Assembly (NCBI GenBank): GCA_031385045.1
Contig: JANNBC010000011.1
Coordinates: 8,210 to 72,209 of the forward strand
Direction: 5' to 3'
DNA length: 64,000 nt
From: a bacterium
Lineage (GTDB): Bacteria; Bdellovibrionota_C; UBA2361; CALJRW01
Shown: piece by piece, positions 1 to 10,005 of the stretch
How positions within the stretch are numbered: the first letter of the stretch is position 1
How the letters are laid out: each line of letters opens with the position of its first letter
The notes under the pieces: model-generated
Seen by the model: the letters and a program-made list of their open reading frames with translations, nothing else
Told to the model about the DNA's origin: nothing
Databases searched by the model: none
Program-made: the position numbers and the translations under genes

Positions 1-33
1 TAAACTCTGTACTATTGGTTTTTTCAGTTTTCG

Positions 34-993
34 ATGGCTCAAGAGTTAAACAATAATTTAGATCAAATTGCTCAACTAATTAAAGACTTCTCTGGTGCTC
101 AGAGTGTCTTAATTTTTAGTCCAATTAAAAACCCCAAGGGTGAACAGACTGACAACTCCACTGTCCTTAGTCTTTCTGGGCTGGCCTCAGAACAAAAAGT
201 CGATCGTCGCTACCTATCGAAATCCGGCGCTGGATTTGTTGGCTGGATTGCCAAGAGTCATAAGCCTGCAAACGTCTCACCTTTTAGCAACACATCAAGA
301 TCACTAGGGTTTTATCATTATGATTGCCCGGTACAAAGCATCTTCGGCTTGCCAATCATTAGTGAAACAACTGACCTTTACTCTTCTGAAGTAACACCAG
401 TTCTTTATTGTGATAGCGAAAAAGCTGGATTCTTTACTCCTGAGCTTGAAGCTTACCTACAAAAAGCTTGTCGACTAATCTCTAGCATTATGGATCTAGA
501 GAGAAATTCTAATGCTAATAAAATTGAAAATTTAGATTTCGCAGAATTTTACTCCCGAGCAGAAAAACTTTTAAACAAACTTGGAGCTAGCTCTGTAGAA
601 ATTTTAAGATTAAGACTAGTGAACTCAAGTGACTTAGAAAAAGAAGTTGGCTTTCCACAAGCGCTATCAATTTTTCAGAGAATGCAGCGCTTAATCCAAC
701 AAGTACTTCCACCTAACTATCCGGTAATCCACTCCCCTAGTGGCGAAACAATCATCGTCCTAGATAACATGATGAGCGCCTTCTATGAAAATAAAATTCG
801 GATTATCGCTTCCCAAATTAGTCCCGAAAACGTTCTAATTAATTACGATTTCCAACACTTTACTGTAAAAAATAGTAAAATCAGCTCAATTGATGACCTA
901 TTTAATGCGATGTGCTCTAAACCATCAGAGCATCATCAGACGACTCAGAAAGCTGTACCACTAAATGTTAACTCAAAACTAAGCTTTCGCTAA
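34..993 (+). CDS. hypothetical protein, possible N-terminal GAF-like domain
   Basis: 319-aa ORF. The segment GFVGWIAKSHKPANVSPF...SLGFYHYD...VQSIFGLPI resembles the GAF small-molecule-binding fold. No other motif recognised. Confidence 0.45.
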   Translation: MAQELNNNLDQIAQLIKDFSGAQSVLIFSPIKNPKGEQTDNSTVLSLSGLASEQKVDRRYLSKSGAGFVGWIAKSHKPANVSPFSNTSRSLGFYHYDCPVQSIFGLPIISETTDLYSSEVTPVLYCDSEKAGFFTPELEAYLQKACRLISSIMDLERNSNANKIENLDFAEFYSRAEKLLNKLGASSVEILRLRLVNSSDLEKEVGFPQALSIFQRMQRLIQQVLPPNYPVIHSPSGETIIVLDNMMSAFYENKIRIIASQISPENVLINYDFQHFTVKNSKISSIDDLFNAMCSKPSEHHQTTQKAVPLNVNSKLSFR

Positions 994-1016
994 AAAAGTA
1001 TTTGGTTTTCCTAATA

Positions 1017-2630
1017 TTAAAAACCCAAGATATTTGAGCGAAATAAGCTATTTCGAAAATACAAAATTAATCGATAATAACAAATTACCAACCAAAGCAA
1101 TACTAAAGTCATCAACAATAATGGACTGCTAATGTTTTCTGAAAAGTAATAACTAATAATCTTTAAGCTTTCATTTAAATAATAGATTAAGAATACACAG
1201 AGATCGAAGAACCACTTATAGTCGAAATACAATAGTCCCAGAGCTACAAATCCTAACTGACAACTAATCACAGTTGCTATTGGGGCAATAATTAAATTCG
1301 TAAAAAAGGAAATTAAATAAAAGTTATCAAACCAAACAATACTAATAAGTCCAGTAGAAATAGTTGTATAAAAATTAATCCGAACTAAATTAACAAAAAA
1401 ACCACTTCCCGCTTGATGCCCAAGAGCAATCCCCAGAAGTGCGAAATAAGTTAGTTGCGAGCCAGGTTGGCGATAACAATAGGGATTAATAATCAGATCA
1501 ATTAGGAAGGTGCTACAAATTAGATTTAGAAAACTAACATTTCGATCTAATATTTTAGTAATCGCTAATAAACAAAGCGCAATTACAGCCCTTGTACAGG
1601 CGCTATCAAAACCAACTAGGCGAGCATAATAATAACTAACGACCACCGCCAAGCAACTAGCTAAGGACTCTAAATTAAACCAAGATGCTAATCGACGACT
1701 AAGTAATAAAGTTTTTAAAACTATGAAGCGAATAAAATAAAAAATAAGCGTAACTTGAAATCCAGAAACAACCAAAAGATGTGCTAATCCCAAGCCCTTA
1801 AAAAGCTGAGTCTGCGAACCGCTAAGAGCTTGCTCATAGCCAAGCGACATCGATAAAAATAACGCCGTGGCATCATCAAAGAATTGATTAATACTAGAAT
1901 TTTGAATTATCCGCTCTTTAACCTGAGCGACCCAACTCCTTTCTGATGGAAGTGGCGCTAAATAATCCAATTGGCATTTAGCATCAAATCCCTGAAGTAA
2001 TAAGCTACGATCAAAATTGCTTTCGGCAGAAATTTCTAATTGTTCAAACTTACCAGCAATTACATAACTCCCCCCTGCTTCTAGATAATCTGCATTATTT
2101 CCTATTAAGCTAACACTTCGGCAATAGATCCGCGCGGATCTAGGCAACTTTAACTCCACGCCGGGATCAATAACTTGAAACTTAAGTTGTAAGTCACGAA
2201 CTTGATGAACCTGTGGGTTACTTTCTAATTTAACTAATACTGACCGAGCAGAATGTGTTTTAAAAACTGGAGTGAAATTATCTGTAGTTAACCAAGCAGT
2301 TGCTAGAAGAGTAATTAAGAAGATCGCTCGATAACAGCGAAGAGTTAGTAATAATAAAGAACCAATGCCAATCGCCCAAAAGATTTGATACTGCCCAAAG
2401 GGAATAAAAGCTTCTTGCACTAGGACTACCAATAGAATTGGAAGCAACAAGGGATAGCGCTTTTTGAATTTTAATAATAATCTTTCGCTAATCTGGTATA
2501 CTCTAAGCAACAATGAACCGACCTCCTTTAAATATTTGCCAATTAATTTTAATTTTTTGCTTAGCTCCCTGGATAGCCTGTTGCAGCGGAATAAACACTC
2601 AGAAAGATCCTCAAAAAACAGAATCTTCAT
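1017..2630 (-). CDS. comEC: ComEC/Rec2-family DNA-uptake channel protein without the C-terminal metallo-beta-lactamase domain
   Basis: 537-aa polytopic membrane ORF. It has a DUF4131-like N-terminal part followed by a competence-domain-like core (GLAHLLVVSGFQVTLI resembles the ComEC GLSHLLAISG block). The 5-prime about 118 nt overlap the convergent... actually divergent plus-strand ORF 2513..3217, so the true start is probably internal, and no ATG/GTG/TTG candidate was obvious. Confidence 0.65.
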   Translation of the reverse strand: MKILFFEDLSECLFRCNRLSRELSKKLKLIGKYLKEVGSLLLRVYQISERLLLKFKKRYPLLLPILLVVLVQEAFIPFGQYQIFWAIGIGSLLLLTLRCYRAIFLITLLATAWLTTDNFTPVFKTHSARSVLVKLESNPQVHQVRDLQLKFQVIDPGVELKLPRSARIYCRSVSLIGNNADYLEAGGSYVIAGKFEQLEISAESNFDRSLLLQGFDAKCQLDYLAPLPSERSWVAQVKERIIQNSSINQFFDDATALFLSMSLGYEQALSGSQTQLFKGLGLAHLLVVSGFQVTLIFYFIRFIVLKTLLLSRRLASWFNLESLASCLAVVVSYYYARLVGFDSACTRAVIALCLLAITKILDRNVSFLNLICSTFLIDLIINPYCYRQPGSQLTYFALLGIALGHQAGSGFFVNLVRINFYTTISTGLISIVWFDNFYLISFFTNLIIAPIATVISCQLGFVALGLLYFDYKWFFDLCVFLIYYLNESLKIISYYFSENISSPLLLMTLVLLWLVICYYRLILYFRNSLFRSNILGF

Positions 2631-3217
2631 CTAAAACGAGTCTGGCCGAAGAAGCGTTTTATCAAAAAAACTTTCAGTTTATTAGTGATTACCAAAGCGC
2701 TCGTTACTTATTTGGTCTTAATCAACAAATCCAAGAATCATTAGCAAGACTTTATCAAAGCAAATGTGCCGAATCTTCCAGTGTACTAATTGCTAATCAC
2801 CTACAATCATTTGCTCTCACAACTGGCAAAGCTCAAATTATTATTTCTAAAGGCTTAGTTTCTAAGCTCCGTTCTGAAGATGAATTATTTTTTGTGCTAG
2901 CGCATGAAAATGCCCATATTGCTAATTGTGATTTACGAAAAGATACTTCTAATCACCGTAACTTAGAGCAAGAGTTAATTGCCGACCTTGTAGCCAGCAA
3001 TTTGCTAATTGCCACCAATCGTCCAATGTCCGCTGCCTATTCAGCAATCAATCGCCTTTATGAATTACAACCTGAGCAAGAAATACTAGCTGAACATCCA
3101 AGCCAAACTACCAGATTAAAAAATTTGAATCAGATACCAAAAGACATTGGTAGAATTCTTATCAGATCAAACCAGCAGTTTTTTAATTTGCAGTTAGCTA
3201 TTAAGCAGTTATCGTAA
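2513..3217 (+). CDS. putative M48-like zinc metallopeptidase lipoprotein
   Basis: 234 aa. N-terminal signal peptide with cysteine-containing lipobox-like end (LAPWIACCSG). HExxH zinc motif in FVLAHENAHIANCDL. Confidence 0.5.
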   Translation: MNRPPLNICQLILIFCLAPWIACCSGINTQKDPQKTESSSKTSLAEEAFYQKNFQFISDYQSARYLFGLNQQIQESLARLYQSKCAESSSVLIANHLQSFALTTGKAQIIISKGLVSKLRSEDELFFVLAHENAHIANCDLRKDTSNHRNLEQELIADLVASNLLIATNRPMSAAYSAINRLYELQPEQEILAEHPSQTTRLKNLNQIPKDIGRILIRSNQQFFNLQLAIKQLS

Positions 3218-5062
3218 TTTTTGCAGTAAAGTTTCAGCTAGCTGTAAATTCATTCTTCCAGTTTGAGCAACTTCTTCGATTGAGGCATTTTTAATCTCTT
3301 CGATACTGCCAAATGCTTTAAGAAGTAGGGTCTTACGCTTTAAACCAATCCCTGGAATGTTATCTAAAGCAGAAGAAAAGACTCGTTTGGCTCTTTGCGA
3401 GCGGTGGAAAGTAATTACAAAGCGATGCACCTCATCACGTATGCCCGCAATTAACTTTGTTAACTTGCGCTCAGCCGATAATTCCAAGGGAACATTTGCA
3501 TAAGGCAAATAAATTCTCTCAGGCTTATTAACACGAAACTTACGAACCTCCGTCGTCCGCTCTTTTGCTAAGGATATTATTTCCTGACTAATCTTTAGTT
3601 CCTCTAAAGCCTCCATGGCATATCGCAATTGAATTTGACCACCATCAATAATTAATAAGTCTGGAAAATCAGCATTCTCCATTGCTGCTTGCATTCTACG
3701 CTTTACAACTTCCTTAACGGCAGCAAAATCATTGGGCTGATCTTGAAAACTGATTTTATATTTTCGATAATTTTGTTTGTCAGGCTTACCATCGTAAAAA
3801 CTAACGATAGCTCCCACGATATCACTACCTTGCAAATTAGAAATATCTAAACACTCAATTCTTCGAGGAACTTGTTTCAACTTACAAAGCTTGGTTAATT
3901 CTTCTGCTAGATTTTGATACTCAACTTCAGAGTTAAATCTAAGTTCAAAATACTTCTGGGCATTTAGCATGGCTAAACTTACCAAGCGAAATTTCAAACC
4001 TTTTTGAGGTTCTGTGATTGGTACTTTATGACCTGTAATAATCTTTAAATGATTCTGGATAAAATCTGGGCTAAGTGGCAAAATATTGCAAACAACTTCT
4101 TCCGGAACATCTCGACCGGCAAGATAATATTGTTCAATAACTGACTGCATTAAATCTTCATCTGGCAAATCAACTAATTCAAAGGGATAATTATTGTTAT
4201 AAGCGATACGACCACTCCGAACCTGCATAACCGCTACTACCGCCAAACTTTCTTCTCGGTAAAGTGCAAAGATATCGCGATTCTCCGTTCCTGAAGAAAT
4301 ATACTTTTGACCTTGTTTAAACTTCTTTAAGATTTCAATCCGATCCCGAGCAATCGCAGCATCTTCAAAAAATAAGTTTTGACTAGACTGCTCCATTTGT
4401 GTTTCTAACTGCTTTACAATTGGTTGGATTTGTCCGTTTAACAAGGAAGTGGCTTGTTTCACCCAATCGGAATATTGATCAGGATCTACTGCCAGACAAC
4501 ACGGCCCGGCACATCGTTTAATTTGATATTCCAAACAAGGTCGCTGACGATTATGAAAAACTGTATCAGTACAAGTTCTAAGTGGGATTGTCTGATGAAT
4601 TAGTTCCGTTAACTCCCTAACTTCATAGCTATAGCTATATGGTCCAAAATACTTAGCACCATCATTTTCCACTCGGCGGACTAGCTCAACTCTAGGCCAC
4701 TCAGCATTAGTATCAACTCGAATACTTAGGTAGTTTTTATCATCTTTAAGGCGAATATTATAACGAGGTTTATATTTATTAATTAAGTCTCGTTCTAAGA
4801 TTAAAGACTGCTCTTCCGTTTCAGTCACTATCGTTTGGATTTGATAGACCCGTTGCATTAAAAACTTAATTTGATAGCGGTCATCACGACCAAAGAAATA
4901 ACTACTTAAGCGAACTTTTAGATCTTTAGCCTTTCCAATGTAAACTACCTTAGCTTCCTGATCTTTCATCAAGTAAACCCCAGAGGAACGTGGTAAATTA
5001 TTTAAGAAGGCGCGCTCACCAGCGTTAAATTGGTCAAAAAGCAACGTCACTGATTCGGACAC
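3209..5062 (-). CDS. uvrC: excinuclease ABC subunit C
   Basis: 617 aa. N-terminal GIY-YIG block (SGVYLMKDQEAKVVYIGKAKDLKVRLSSYF), UvrC central region and C-terminal helix-hairpin-helix. Lies immediately downstream of uvrB. Confidence 0.95.
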   Translation of the reverse strand: MSESVTLLFDQFNAGERAFLNNLPRSSGVYLMKDQEAKVVYIGKAKDLKVRLSSYFFGRDDRYQIKFLMQRVYQIQTIVTETEEQSLILERDLINKYKPRYNIRLKDDKNYLSIRVDTNAEWPRVELVRRVENDGAKYFGPYSYSYEVRELTELIHQTIPLRTCTDTVFHNRQRPCLEYQIKRCAGPCCLAVDPDQYSDWVKQATSLLNGQIQPIVKQLETQMEQSSQNLFFEDAAIARDRIEILKKFKQGQKYISSGTENRDIFALYREESLAVVAVMQVRSGRIAYNNNYPFELVDLPDEDLMQSVIEQYYLAGRDVPEEVVCNILPLSPDFIQNHLKIITGHKVPITEPQKGLKFRLVSLAMLNAQKYFELRFNSEVEYQNLAEELTKLCKLKQVPRRIECLDISNLQGSDIVGAIVSFYDGKPDKQNYRKYKISFQDQPNDFAAVKEVVKRRMQAAMENADFPDLLIIDGGQIQLRYAMEALEELKISQEIISLAKERTTEVRKFRVNKPERIYLPYANVPLELSAERKLTKLIAGIRDEVHRFVITFHRSQRAKRVFSSALDNIPGIGLKRKTLLLKAFGSIEEIKNASIEEVAQTGRMNLQLAETLLQKLR

Positions 5063-5065
5063 AAA

Positions 5066-7078
5066 CTACTCGGCAATTAATAAAAGTTCTTCTAGCTTAA
5101 AGATCAAATCTCGTACTTTTGCAGCTTCTTCAAATTCTTTCTTGGCTGCAAATTGAAACATCTTTTCTCTTTGTAGATTAATTAATTTTAAGATTTCTTT
5201 AGGATCTTTTGGTAACCCCTGATGTTCCAGATCAATTTCTGAAAGATCCACTAATGATTCAAAAATAGAGGCATCAACTGAGCGTTTAGCAGAAACTGGG
5301 GTAATATTATTTTCCAGATTATACTTCGCCTGAATTAATCTCCGCCGATTTGTCTCATCAATTGTTGCTTGAATTGAACCAGTCATTTTATCAGCGTAAA
5401 GAATTGCTCGGCCATTTAAGTTTCTAGCAGCTCGTCCAACTGTCTGAATTAGAGAACGTTCTGATCTTAAGAACCCCTCCTTATCAGCATCTAAAATTGC
5501 TACTAAGCTAACTTCCACCAAATCAAGCCCCTCGCGCAATAAATTAATCCCAATTAAAACATCAAACTCGCCTTTTCTAAGACCTCGAATAATCTCGACC
5601 CTTTCAATGGTCTTTACATCTGAATGTAAATAGCGACATTTAATATCAATCTCTCGAAAGTAAGTAGCCAAGTCTTCCGCCATTTTCTTGGTAAGTGTTG
5701 TTACTATTACTCGCTCTCCTCTTTCGATAGTTAAGCGAATCTCATGAGTCAGATCATCCACTTGATTTTTAGCAGGACGAATAGAAATTTCTGGATCTAA
5801 CAAACCAGTTGGTCGGTTAATTTGCGCAAAGGTTTTGCCTTGGGATTTTTCTAATTCTCTATCGCCGGGGGTTGCTGAAACAAAAATTACTTGTTTGGCG
5901 CGATCCCAAAATTCATCACTATTAAGTGGGCGATTATCTAAAGCTGACGGTAAGCGAAAACCATACTCCACAAGATTTGTTTTCCGAGCACGATCGCCAG
6001 CAAACATTCCCCCAATTTGAGGAACAGTTACGTGTGACTCATCAATAATAACTAGAAAATCATCAGGGAAATAATCAATTAACGTAGTGGGTGATTCCCC
6101 CGCCTCTCGCCCAGCTAAATGTCGACTATAGTTTTCAACCCCCGGACAAAAACCTACCTCTTGGAATAATTCTAAATCATACAATGTTCTCTGCTTAATT
6201 CGTTCGGCCTCAAAGCCCTTGCCCCTAGCTCGAAAGACAGGTAACCAAGCATTTAGTTCCTCTTTAATGGAAACAATTGCCTTCTTCACACTCTCTTGGC
6301 TACTTAAAAAGTGGCTAAGTGGATAAACGGCAACTTTTTTTACTTTTTTTAGAAACTTACTAGTAAGTGGATCAATAAAATTAAGACTTTCTACTTCATC
6401 GCCAAATAATTCGATACGAATCGCTAAGGAATCTTGATCCCCAGGGAAAACATCAATCACATCACCGCGAACTCGAAACGTTCCCCGCTTAAATTCCAAA
6501 TCACTACGCTGGTACTGCATGTAAACTAACTGCTGAATAATTTGTTCCCGATCCACCGTGTCACCATCTTCGACATAGAGCATCAAGTTAAAATATTCCT
6601 CTGGAGCACCAAGTCCATAAATACAACTAACACTAGCAACAATGATTGTATCTCGTGATTCTAGAATTGCTCGCGTAGCGGCATGTCTTAACTTATCAAT
6701 CTCCTGATTAATTGAAGAATCCTTTTCAATGTAAGTGTCTGATATCGGCAGATAAGCTTCGGGCTGGTAGTAATCATAATAACTCACAAAATAGTGCACA
6801 TTGTTATTAGGAAAAAATTCACGAAACTCATTGTAGAGTTGCGCTGCTAAAGTTTTATTGGGCGCAATAATTAATGCTGGGCGATTAACCTCTTCAATCA
6901 CTTTGGCGATAGTATAAGTCTTACCTGAACCAGTAATTCCAAGTAGTGTTTGATAAGTGTTTTTAGCATTTACGCTTTCAATCAAACCAGCAATAGCAGT
7001 TGGTTGATCACCTCTCGGCTCAAAGGTCGATTCCAGTTTAAATTTTCCAGGAGAAGGAGTGAATTCACGTTTAGCCAT
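5066..7078 (-). CDS. uvrB: excinuclease ABC subunit B
   Basis: 670 aa. N-terminus FKLESTFEPRGDQPTAIAGL matches the UvrB N-terminus. Walker A GITGSGKT, DEAD-like helicase motifs and a C-terminal UVR domain are present. Confidence 0.95.
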   Translation of the reverse strand: MAKREFTPSPGKFKLESTFEPRGDQPTAIAGLIESVNAKNTYQTLLGITGSGKTYTIAKVIEEVNRPALIIAPNKTLAAQLYNEFREFFPNNNVHYFVSYYDYYQPEAYLPISDTYIEKDSSINQEIDKLRHAATRAILESRDTIIVASVSCIYGLGAPEEYFNLMLYVEDGDTVDREQIIQQLVYMQYQRSDLEFKRGTFRVRGDVIDVFPGDQDSLAIRIELFGDEVESLNFIDPLTSKFLKKVKKVAVYPLSHFLSSQESVKKAIVSIKEELNAWLPVFRARGKGFEAERIKQRTLYDLELFQEVGFCPGVENYSRHLAGREAGESPTTLIDYFPDDFLVIIDESHVTVPQIGGMFAGDRARKTNLVEYGFRLPSALDNRPLNSDEFWDRAKQVIFVSATPGDRELEKSQGKTFAQINRPTGLLDPEISIRPAKNQVDDLTHEIRLTIERGERVIVTTLTKKMAEDLATYFREIDIKCRYLHSDVKTIERVEIIRGLRKGEFDVLIGINLLREGLDLVEVSLVAILDADKEGFLRSERSLIQTVGRAARNLNGRAILYADKMTGSIQATIDETNRRRLIQAKYNLENNITPVSAKRSVDASIFESLVDLSEIDLEHQGLPKDPKEILKLINLQREKMFQFAAKKEFEEAAKVRDLIFKLEELLLIAE

Positions 7079-7116
7079 GAGTTATAGAATGTCTAACGAC
7101 TAATGATAAAAATAAT

Positions 7117-8286
7117 TTAACCCAGGATAACATTAATTTCTTGTTCGATAAATCTCTTCCAATCGATCAATCTAAATTCATTATTTACGATCCTTTCATT
7201 TTGCTCATTAACCAGGACAAAACAAGGCACCGTTGGATGTTCCTCTTTGAATGACTTTAGTCCAGTTAAATCCGCAGCACCAATCTTTTTCCTACTTTTA
7301 ATTTCAATTGCACAAAGAATTTTAGCTCCTCTCGCAATCAACAAATCAACTTCTGCTCCATGATTCGTTCTCCAGAAATAAAATTGCAAATCAAGCCTTT
7401 GATAATCACAATAAGCAATAATTTGATTGATGACTAATTGTTCAAATCGACGTCCTTTAACAATTGGATCAAGTTCTGAATTTAATTGATGGGTTAAAGC
7501 ATTTGTGACTCCACAATCAAAAAAATAATAACGTGGATGACTGATTAACTGTTTTCTTACACTTCGCGACCAACCAGATAGTTTATTAACGAGAAAAGTA
7601 TCTTCTAAAATTTGAAAATATCCTTTCACAGTATTGGAAGTAACTGCACATTCTCTGGCGATACTGCTAAAATTAGTAATCTCTCCATCATTTGCTGCTA
7701 CTATATCAAGGAAAGATCCAAATGATCCAATATCTCTCACCAAGCCTTCTTGTTGAATTTCTTCTTTTAAGTATGTACTAACGTATGCTCTTAAAAATTC
7801 CACAGAATCTTCTTGATCGTTTTCGTAAAGTGTTGGGAGTGTTCCCACTTTTAGTGCCCGATCTAAATTAAAATCCTCTCCTAATTCTTGAAATGTAAGT
7901 GGATAAAGTTGGTATGTGTACGCTCGTCCCGCCAATAAGTTAGCGCCACTACGTTTTAATTTTCGGGCACTCGATCCAGTTAAAATAAATCTAGCTTTTT
8001 TTGATTCAATTAATTCATGTACTTCATCCAGCAAACTAGGAACTTTTTGAATTTCATCAATTACAAAAATGGCCTTAGGATACTTTTTAAGATGCAGTAA
8101 GATCTCCTCTCTAAATCTCGAGGGATCTTTAGCGTAAGCAATAAAGTTTTTATGTGGCAGAAGATCAATATAAAAATCATCCTTCTTTAAAAGGGACTTT
8201 ACTAAGGTACTTTTACCAGTTTGCCGAGGTCCAAAGAGAAAATAACTCTTTTTTTTTGTTGGAATAATTAATCTTTGATAAGTCAC
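7117..8286 (-). CDS. AAA+ ATPase with C-terminal DUF4143 domain (COG1373 family)
   Basis: 389 aa. P-loop LFGPRQTGKSTL near the N-terminus. Conserved blocks shared with the paralogs at 27124 and 28355 (FILTGSSARKLKRSGANLLAGRA). A 9-T homopolymer sits at the 5-prime end of the gene. Confidence 0.8.
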   Translation of the reverse strand: MTYQRLIIPTKKKSYFLFGPRQTGKSTLVKSLLKKDDFYIDLLPHKNFIAYAKDPSRFREEILLHLKKYPKAIFVIDEIQKVPSLLDEVHELIESKKARFILTGSSARKLKRSGANLLAGRAYTYQLYPLTFQELGEDFNLDRALKVGTLPTLYENDQEDSVEFLRAYVSTYLKEEIQQEGLVRDIGSFGSFLDIVAANDGEITNFSSIARECAVTSNTVKGYFQILEDTFLVNKLSGWSRSVRKQLISHPRYYFFDCGVTNALTHQLNSELDPIVKGRRFEQLVINQIIAYCDYQRLDLQFYFWRTNHGAEVDLLIARGAKILCAIEIKSRKKIGAADLTGLKSFKEEHPTVPCFVLVNEQNERIVNNEFRLIDWKRFIEQEINVILG

Positions 8287-8517
8287 TTCAAAAATATACG
8301 GTATATATGAAGCCTTGTAAAGACTTTTAAATATTTTCTAAATTTTAATTTAAGTAACATAATCTGCTTACCCAAACGATAACTAACTGATACCACTGAT
8401 TATTTTCTAAAAAGCCGTACTATTCTTTGAGTTATTGCCCCAAATTAACTTACTAACTGAACCAATCACTAAATATAGCGAATTTTTTAAGAACTCTTGG
8501 ATCGCAGGGGAGATAGA

Positions 8518-9585
8518 CTAAAGAATCGTTCGTTCCTTAATTCTTTTCTTAGCTAATTGAATGGCAGTCTCTTCCGGAAATTGTGATAGTTTTTCCGCGT
8601 TATCAAGAATCTTAACCAGAGTATGAGGAATCTGCATAATTTTATTGTGCACCCACTCACGTTTCCAACCACCTTGATTTAGTTCTGCACCAACAGAGAT
8701 TACACCACCAGCATTTACAACAAAATCTGGACAATAAATAATTCCACGACCTGTGATTTCCGACCACATGGAAGAATCACTGATTTGGTTATTAGCTGCT
8801 CCTAAAATAACCTTACAAGTTAAACTCTTAATTGTTTTTTTATTAATTGTCTGACCAATGGCACAAGGAGCAAAGACGTCACATTCAACTTTATGAATCT
8901 CATTTAAGGCGACAAGCTTAGCACCTAATTCGTTCTTAGCTTGATCTAAATTTGCTTGGTTAACATCAGTGACTATTAATTTGGCCCCATGATCTTTTAA
9001 CTGCTGGGCAAGTCCGTAACCAACTTTTCCAATTCCTTCAATTGCTACCGTAATTTCAGAAACTTTCTTATTTAACTTCTGTTCAACAACTGTTTTTAAA
9101 CTTTCGAAAACGCCCTTAGCTGTCCAAGGAGAAGGATCTCCACTTCCACCAGCCTCTTCCGCAAAACCAACGCAGTAGTTACTAACTTGTTTAATAGTTT
9201 GAATATCAGAGACGCGGGTTCCCATATCTTCAGCGGTATAATAAGTTCCACTGAGTGTATTTAAGTATTTTCCAAACTGCGTAAATAACTCATCGCGTCC
9301 TTCATCCAAATGAGAATCAGCAATTATACAGGCTTTTCCACCACCAAGATTAAGTCCGGCAATAGAATTCTTATAAGACATCCCTTCAGAAAGTCTGGTA
9401 ACATCCTCTAGTGCTTCTTCCTCACTGCTGTAATTTTTAATTCGACAGCCACCTAAGCTTGGGCCTAAGACAGTACTATGAATGGCAACGATAGCTTTTA
9501 GTTTTGTTACCGGGCAATAAAAGAATACGACTGATTCATGCTCTCTTGCCTGAGCCCTAGAGAATACGCCACTATAATTGAACAT
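8518..9585 (-). CDS. Glu/Leu/Phe/Val dehydrogenase family enzyme, short-form (Leu/Phe/Val DH-like)
   Basis: 355 aa. Catalytic-lysine block NLGGGKACI and a Rossmann GxGxVG (GIGKVGYG). The length fits the Leu/Val/Phe dehydrogenase subfamily rather than the larger GdhA type. Confidence 0.8.
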   Translation of the reverse strand: MFNYSGVFSRAQAREHESVVFFYCPVTKLKAIVAIHSTVLGPSLGGCRIKNYSSEEEALEDVTRLSEGMSYKNSIAGLNLGGGKACIIADSHLDEGRDELFTQFGKYLNTLSGTYYTAEDMGTRVSDIQTIKQVSNYCVGFAEEAGGSGDPSPWTAKGVFESLKTVVEQKLNKKVSEITVAIEGIGKVGYGLAQQLKDHGAKLIVTDVNQANLDQAKNELGAKLVALNEIHKVECDVFAPCAIGQTINKKTIKSLTCKVILGAANNQISDSSMWSEITGRGIIYCPDFVVNAGGVISVGAELNQGGWKREWVHNKIMQIPHTLVKILDNAEKLSQFPEETAIQLAKKRIKERTIL

Positions 9586-9597
9586 TTTATTTACTGA

Positions 9598-9750
9598 TTA
9601 ATTAGTTTGATCAGGAGTTGTTTCGCGTACTGCTTGAGTATACTTAACTTTATCCTTAGGCTCTTTAATGTCGGCAGATGGCAGAGGCAGTTTTTGACAG
9701 GCAGAGAAAGTTAAGGCCAAAACTAAGAATAAATAGACTAGGGTTTTCAT
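9598..9750 (-). CDS. possible small lipoprotein (50 aa)
   Basis: Read by eye. It is below the ORF-track length cutoff. Sequence MKTLVYLFLVLALTFSACQKLPLPSADIKEPKDKVKYTQAVRETTPDQTN, with a signal peptide ending in a lipobox-like FSAC. Confidence 0.3.
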   Translation of the reverse strand: MKTLVYLFLVLALTFSACQKLPLPSADIKEPKDKVKYTQAVRETTPDQTN

Positions 9751-9819
9751 GGTATTTATGGATAAATAAGCCCTTAGATTATAGCATCGCTTGAAATTAG
9801 GTGCAATTCTAAGTAGAAA

Positions 9820-10005
9820 TCAAATCAGACCTGCTTTTTCGCAAGCATCACGGAAGACAAAGTCTACAAATCTAGCCCGCTCTTCGCGTTTTTTTCTTTT
9901 TTCTTCAAGATAGGCAGGAAGGTTATCTAATACTTCAAGGACATCCCACATCCTAGAGTCCTCAAATTCAAATCCCAATTCTCTTAAACGCTTTACTTGA
10001 CTCAT
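9820..10005 (-). CDS. small charged protein co-transcribed with the zeta-like kinase
   Basis: 61 aa. Its start overlaps the upstream gene stop by 4 bp (ATGA). No recognisable domain. Possible partner or antitoxin-like component. Confidence 0.4.
   Translation of the reverse strand: MSQVKRLRELGFEFEDSRMWDVLEVLDNLPAYLEEKRKKREERARFVDFVFRDACEKAGLI

Noticed and set aside
5835-6020. 61-aa plus-strand ORF inside uvrB
   Set aside because: Entirely antisense within a well-supported 670-aa uvrB reading frame and low complexity, so spurious. The same applies to other short antisense ORFs in the track: 11388..11603, 12721..13020, 12734..12961, 13026..13313, 15059..15304, 16178..16414, 16436..16630, 17021..17353, 18461..18679, 20997..21215, 22034..22234, 25680..25937, 30634..30906, 31410..31652, 31412..31624, 33737..33925, 41772..42570 (three ORFs), 42918..43106, 45281..45526, 54338..54637, 56108..56413, 57735..57977, 59737..59958, 62259..62462.
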